DNA from: an uncultured Candidatus Bathyarchaeia archaeon
Lineage (GTDB): Archaea; Thermoproteota; Bathyarchaeia; Bathyarchaeales; Bathycorpusculaceae
DNA length: 64,000 nucleotides
Direction: 5' to 3'
Assembly: GCA_964514055.1 (NCBI GenBank)
Contig: CAZEPB010000002.1
Span: forward strand, 40,797-104,796
In this document: one piece after another, positions 62,043 to 64,000 of the stretch
Position numbering within the stretch: position 1 is the first letter of the stretch
Layout of the letters: every line of letters starts with the position of its first letter
Program-made: the position numbers and the translations under genes
Notes under the pieces: generated by a model
The model's input: the letters and a program-made list of their open reading frames with translations, nothing else
What the model was told of the DNA's origin: nothing
Database searches by the model: none

Positions 62043-64000
62043 TTATCGCCATTTCCAGACTTTTCTGCCATAGAAAAACTCAGGCAAAATCAGAAAACCT
62101 GAAAACGAGAACGGTAGAATAACCAACCAGTCTACAAGGTCCAGAGGCGCAGTTCCGAACAAGTAGAAGCCGGGTACGAGGTAAGAAGTGTAAGGTATAA
62201 TTGCAGTCAATATCGCCGACACAAGTACTGCTACAAGCAAGAATTTGTTTGATGTGAACCCAACTTTGAACGCGTTGTGTTTTTCCGAACGGCAATTCCA
62301 AACTATGACTAATTCTTGCAGAGTAGCCTGCACAAAAGCCATTGCCCGAGCCTCCTCGATAGGTCGCCCCAGCACATAGTACGATACAGCAAATACAAGT
62401 CCCGTGCCTATAAACTGCGTTATAAACGTAGCCAAAATCGACGCTATTCTCCCATGTAATATGCCTTCTTTTGGGTCGCGTGGAGGTCTATGCATAAGAT
62501 CGCCTTCCGGCGGGTCCATGGTCAAGGCAAGGGCTGGACCTCCATCGGTGACCAAATTTAGCCATAGAATCATGCCCGCAGTGAGAGGCAGTTCCAATCC
62601 TAAAAGCGCAAAGCTGCCTATAACAAGCAACTCATCAAAGTTGGAACGTAACAGGAAGAAAGAGAACTTTCGAATATTATCGTAAATGCCTCGCCCACCC
62701 TCAACGGCGTTAACTATCGTGGCGAAGTTATCATCCGCCAATACAATGTCCGCCGCTTCTCTTGTAACGTCTGTACCCGTTATCCCCATTGCAACGCCGA
62801 TATCTGCTTGCTTAAGCGCGGGTGCATCGTTTACACCGTCACCTGTCATGGCAACTATTTCGCCCTTGCTTTTCAACGCCTTAACGATTCGAAGCTTGTG
62901 TTCAGGCGACACCCGCGCATACACCGAAACTTCCTCTACAACCCTTCCGAATTCCTCGTCACCCAAGTCGTCAAGCTCCACACCTGTAAGCACTTTGTCG
63001 CTGTGCAACATTCCCAGCTCTTTCGCTATAGCAACCGCAGTTAGTTTGTGATCTCCAGTTATCATTACGGTCTTTATGCCCGCTTCTCTGCATCTAGCGT
63101 TAGCTTCTTTTGCTTCAGCCCTCGGAGGATCAATCATGCCTGAAAGACCAAGAAATACCAGATTACTCTCAAAGTCTTCCTCATCACACTCTTCAATGAA
63201 GCCTTTAGGCAGGTCCTCATTATACGCCGCGCCGAGGACACGGAGAGCATCATTCGCCATTTGCTCATTTATCGCTAAAATTTCCTTTTTCTCTTCAGCC
63301 GTGAACTTCTTAATTTTCCCATCTTTCAAGATGTGAGTGCTGCGCTCTATGATCATTTCGGGAGCGCCTTTTACGTAAGCAACAATCTTTCCTTCTGGCA
63401 TTTTGTGAACGGTTGTCATGCGCTTCCTTTCCGAAGTGAAGGGCACTTCGTGAACGCGGGGATATGTTTCTTCCGCCTCTTTTTTTGTTATTCCCGCTTT
63501 GGCTGCTGCGACAATAAGCGCTCCTTCGGTGGTGTCTCCGATAACACGTTTGCCATCATAATGAGCGTTAGCATTCAACGTGTTAGCCCTCAACATCAAT
63601 TCAAGTTCAGGATTTTCCTTCGGGCTGATTGGGGTGCCATCCACCAAAAACTCGCCTTTCGGTTCGTAGCCAGCCCCTGTCACATCAAAAATCTTATTGT
63701 TAACGTAGATTTTGCGAACCGTCATTTCGCCCTTCGTCAAAGTTCCCGTCTTGTCTGAACAGATAACAGTCGTAGCACCCAAAGTTTCCGCGGAAGAAAG
63801 TCTCCTCAAAATCGCGTTGCGCCTAGCAAGTTCTCTAGCGCCAAGTGCAAGCGACACAGTCACAATTGCTGGCAAGCCTTCTGGAACCGCTGACACAGCA
63901 AGCGCAATTGACACTTCAAAAGCATCCAACACGCTAGCGATAATGCCACCTGACTCAACTACGCCTAGAATAAAGATTTCATACAACTCAAGCGCAAAAA
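62043..64000 (-). CDS. P-type cation (Ca2+-type, P2) ATPase; N-terminal part lies beyond the window
   Basis: CSDKTGTLT, MITGDH and MTGDGVNDAPALKQADIGVAMG motifs. The frame is open to the window end. Confidence 0.9.
   Translation of the reverse strand, partial: FALELYEIFILGVVESGGIIASVLDAFEVSIALAVSAVPEGLPAIVTVSLALGARELARRNAILRRLSSAETLGATTVICSDKTGTLTKGEMTVRKIYVNNKIFDVTGAGYEPKGEFLVDGTPISPKENPELELMLRANTLNANAHYDGKRVIGDTTEGALIVAAAKAGITKKEAEETYPRVHEVPFTSERKRMTTVHKMPEGKIVAYVKGAPEMIIERSTHILKDGKIKKFTAEEKKEILAINEQMANDALRVLGAAYNEDLPKGFIEECDEEDFESNLVFLGLSGMIDPPRAEAKEANARCREAGIKTVMITGDHKLTAVAIAKELGMLHSDKVLTGVELDDLGDEEFGRVVEEVSVYARVSPEHKLRIVKALKSKGEIVAMTGDGVNDAPALKQADIGVAMGITGTDVTREAADIVLADDNFATIVNAVEGGRGIYDNIRKFSFFLLRSNFDELLVIGSFALLGLELPLTAGMILWLNLVTDGGPALALTMDPPEGDLMHRPPRDPKEGILHGRIASILATFITQFIGTGLVFAVSYYVLGRPIEEARAMAFVQATLQELVIVWNCRSEKHNAFKVGFTSNKFLLVAVLVSAILTAIIPYTSYLVPGFYLFGTAPLDLVDWLVILPFSFSGFLILPEFFYGRKVWKWR

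Overview
This window looks archaeal: it has a fibrillarin/Nop5 operon, an Sm-like protein, an archaeal-type cofactor-independent phosphoglycerate mutase, a separate GMP synthase B subunit, and an intron-containing tRNA with C1-G72. A Bathyarchaeia/TACK-like origin is only a guess. Nt 1-31.5k and 61.3-64k are ordinary housekeeping DNA. They encode sugar-phosphate metabolism, pyrI and pyrB, an NrdD-like protein, grpE-dnaK-dnaJ, guaA-B, acs and two P-type ATPases. Hand counts of single 60-nt lines give about 50% GC here. Between acs and an acetate-channel gene lies a visibly AT-richer accessory island of about 29.7 kb (roughly 31.6k-61.26k). Hand counts there give about 38% GC. The island carries two tyrosine recombinases, a small plasmid/virus-like replicon module and many conflict-type genes: DUF262/DUF1524 GmrSD-like, RNase J-like MBL, TIR-like, TPR-HEPN, wHTH-PIN and SIR2. 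The stand-out is a tightly coupled five-gene minus-strand operon (36915-44060). It encodes a SIS-SIS-HAD fusion, a PRTase-like protein, a large P-loop NTPase, an orphan protein and a PfkB kinase with a Zn-ribbon-like insert. I cannot assign it to any described defence, modification or biosynthetic system. Other notable points:
- a tRNA-Tyr with two introns;
- a repeated extended promoter element;
- an NrdD-like protein with wHTH and ATP-cone but no glycyl-radical glycine;
- an imperfect inverted repeat at both island borders.
I saw no rRNA and no CRISPR array. All calls come from reading the ORF translations and the DNA by eye. No searches or computations were run, so family names are motif-based recollections.
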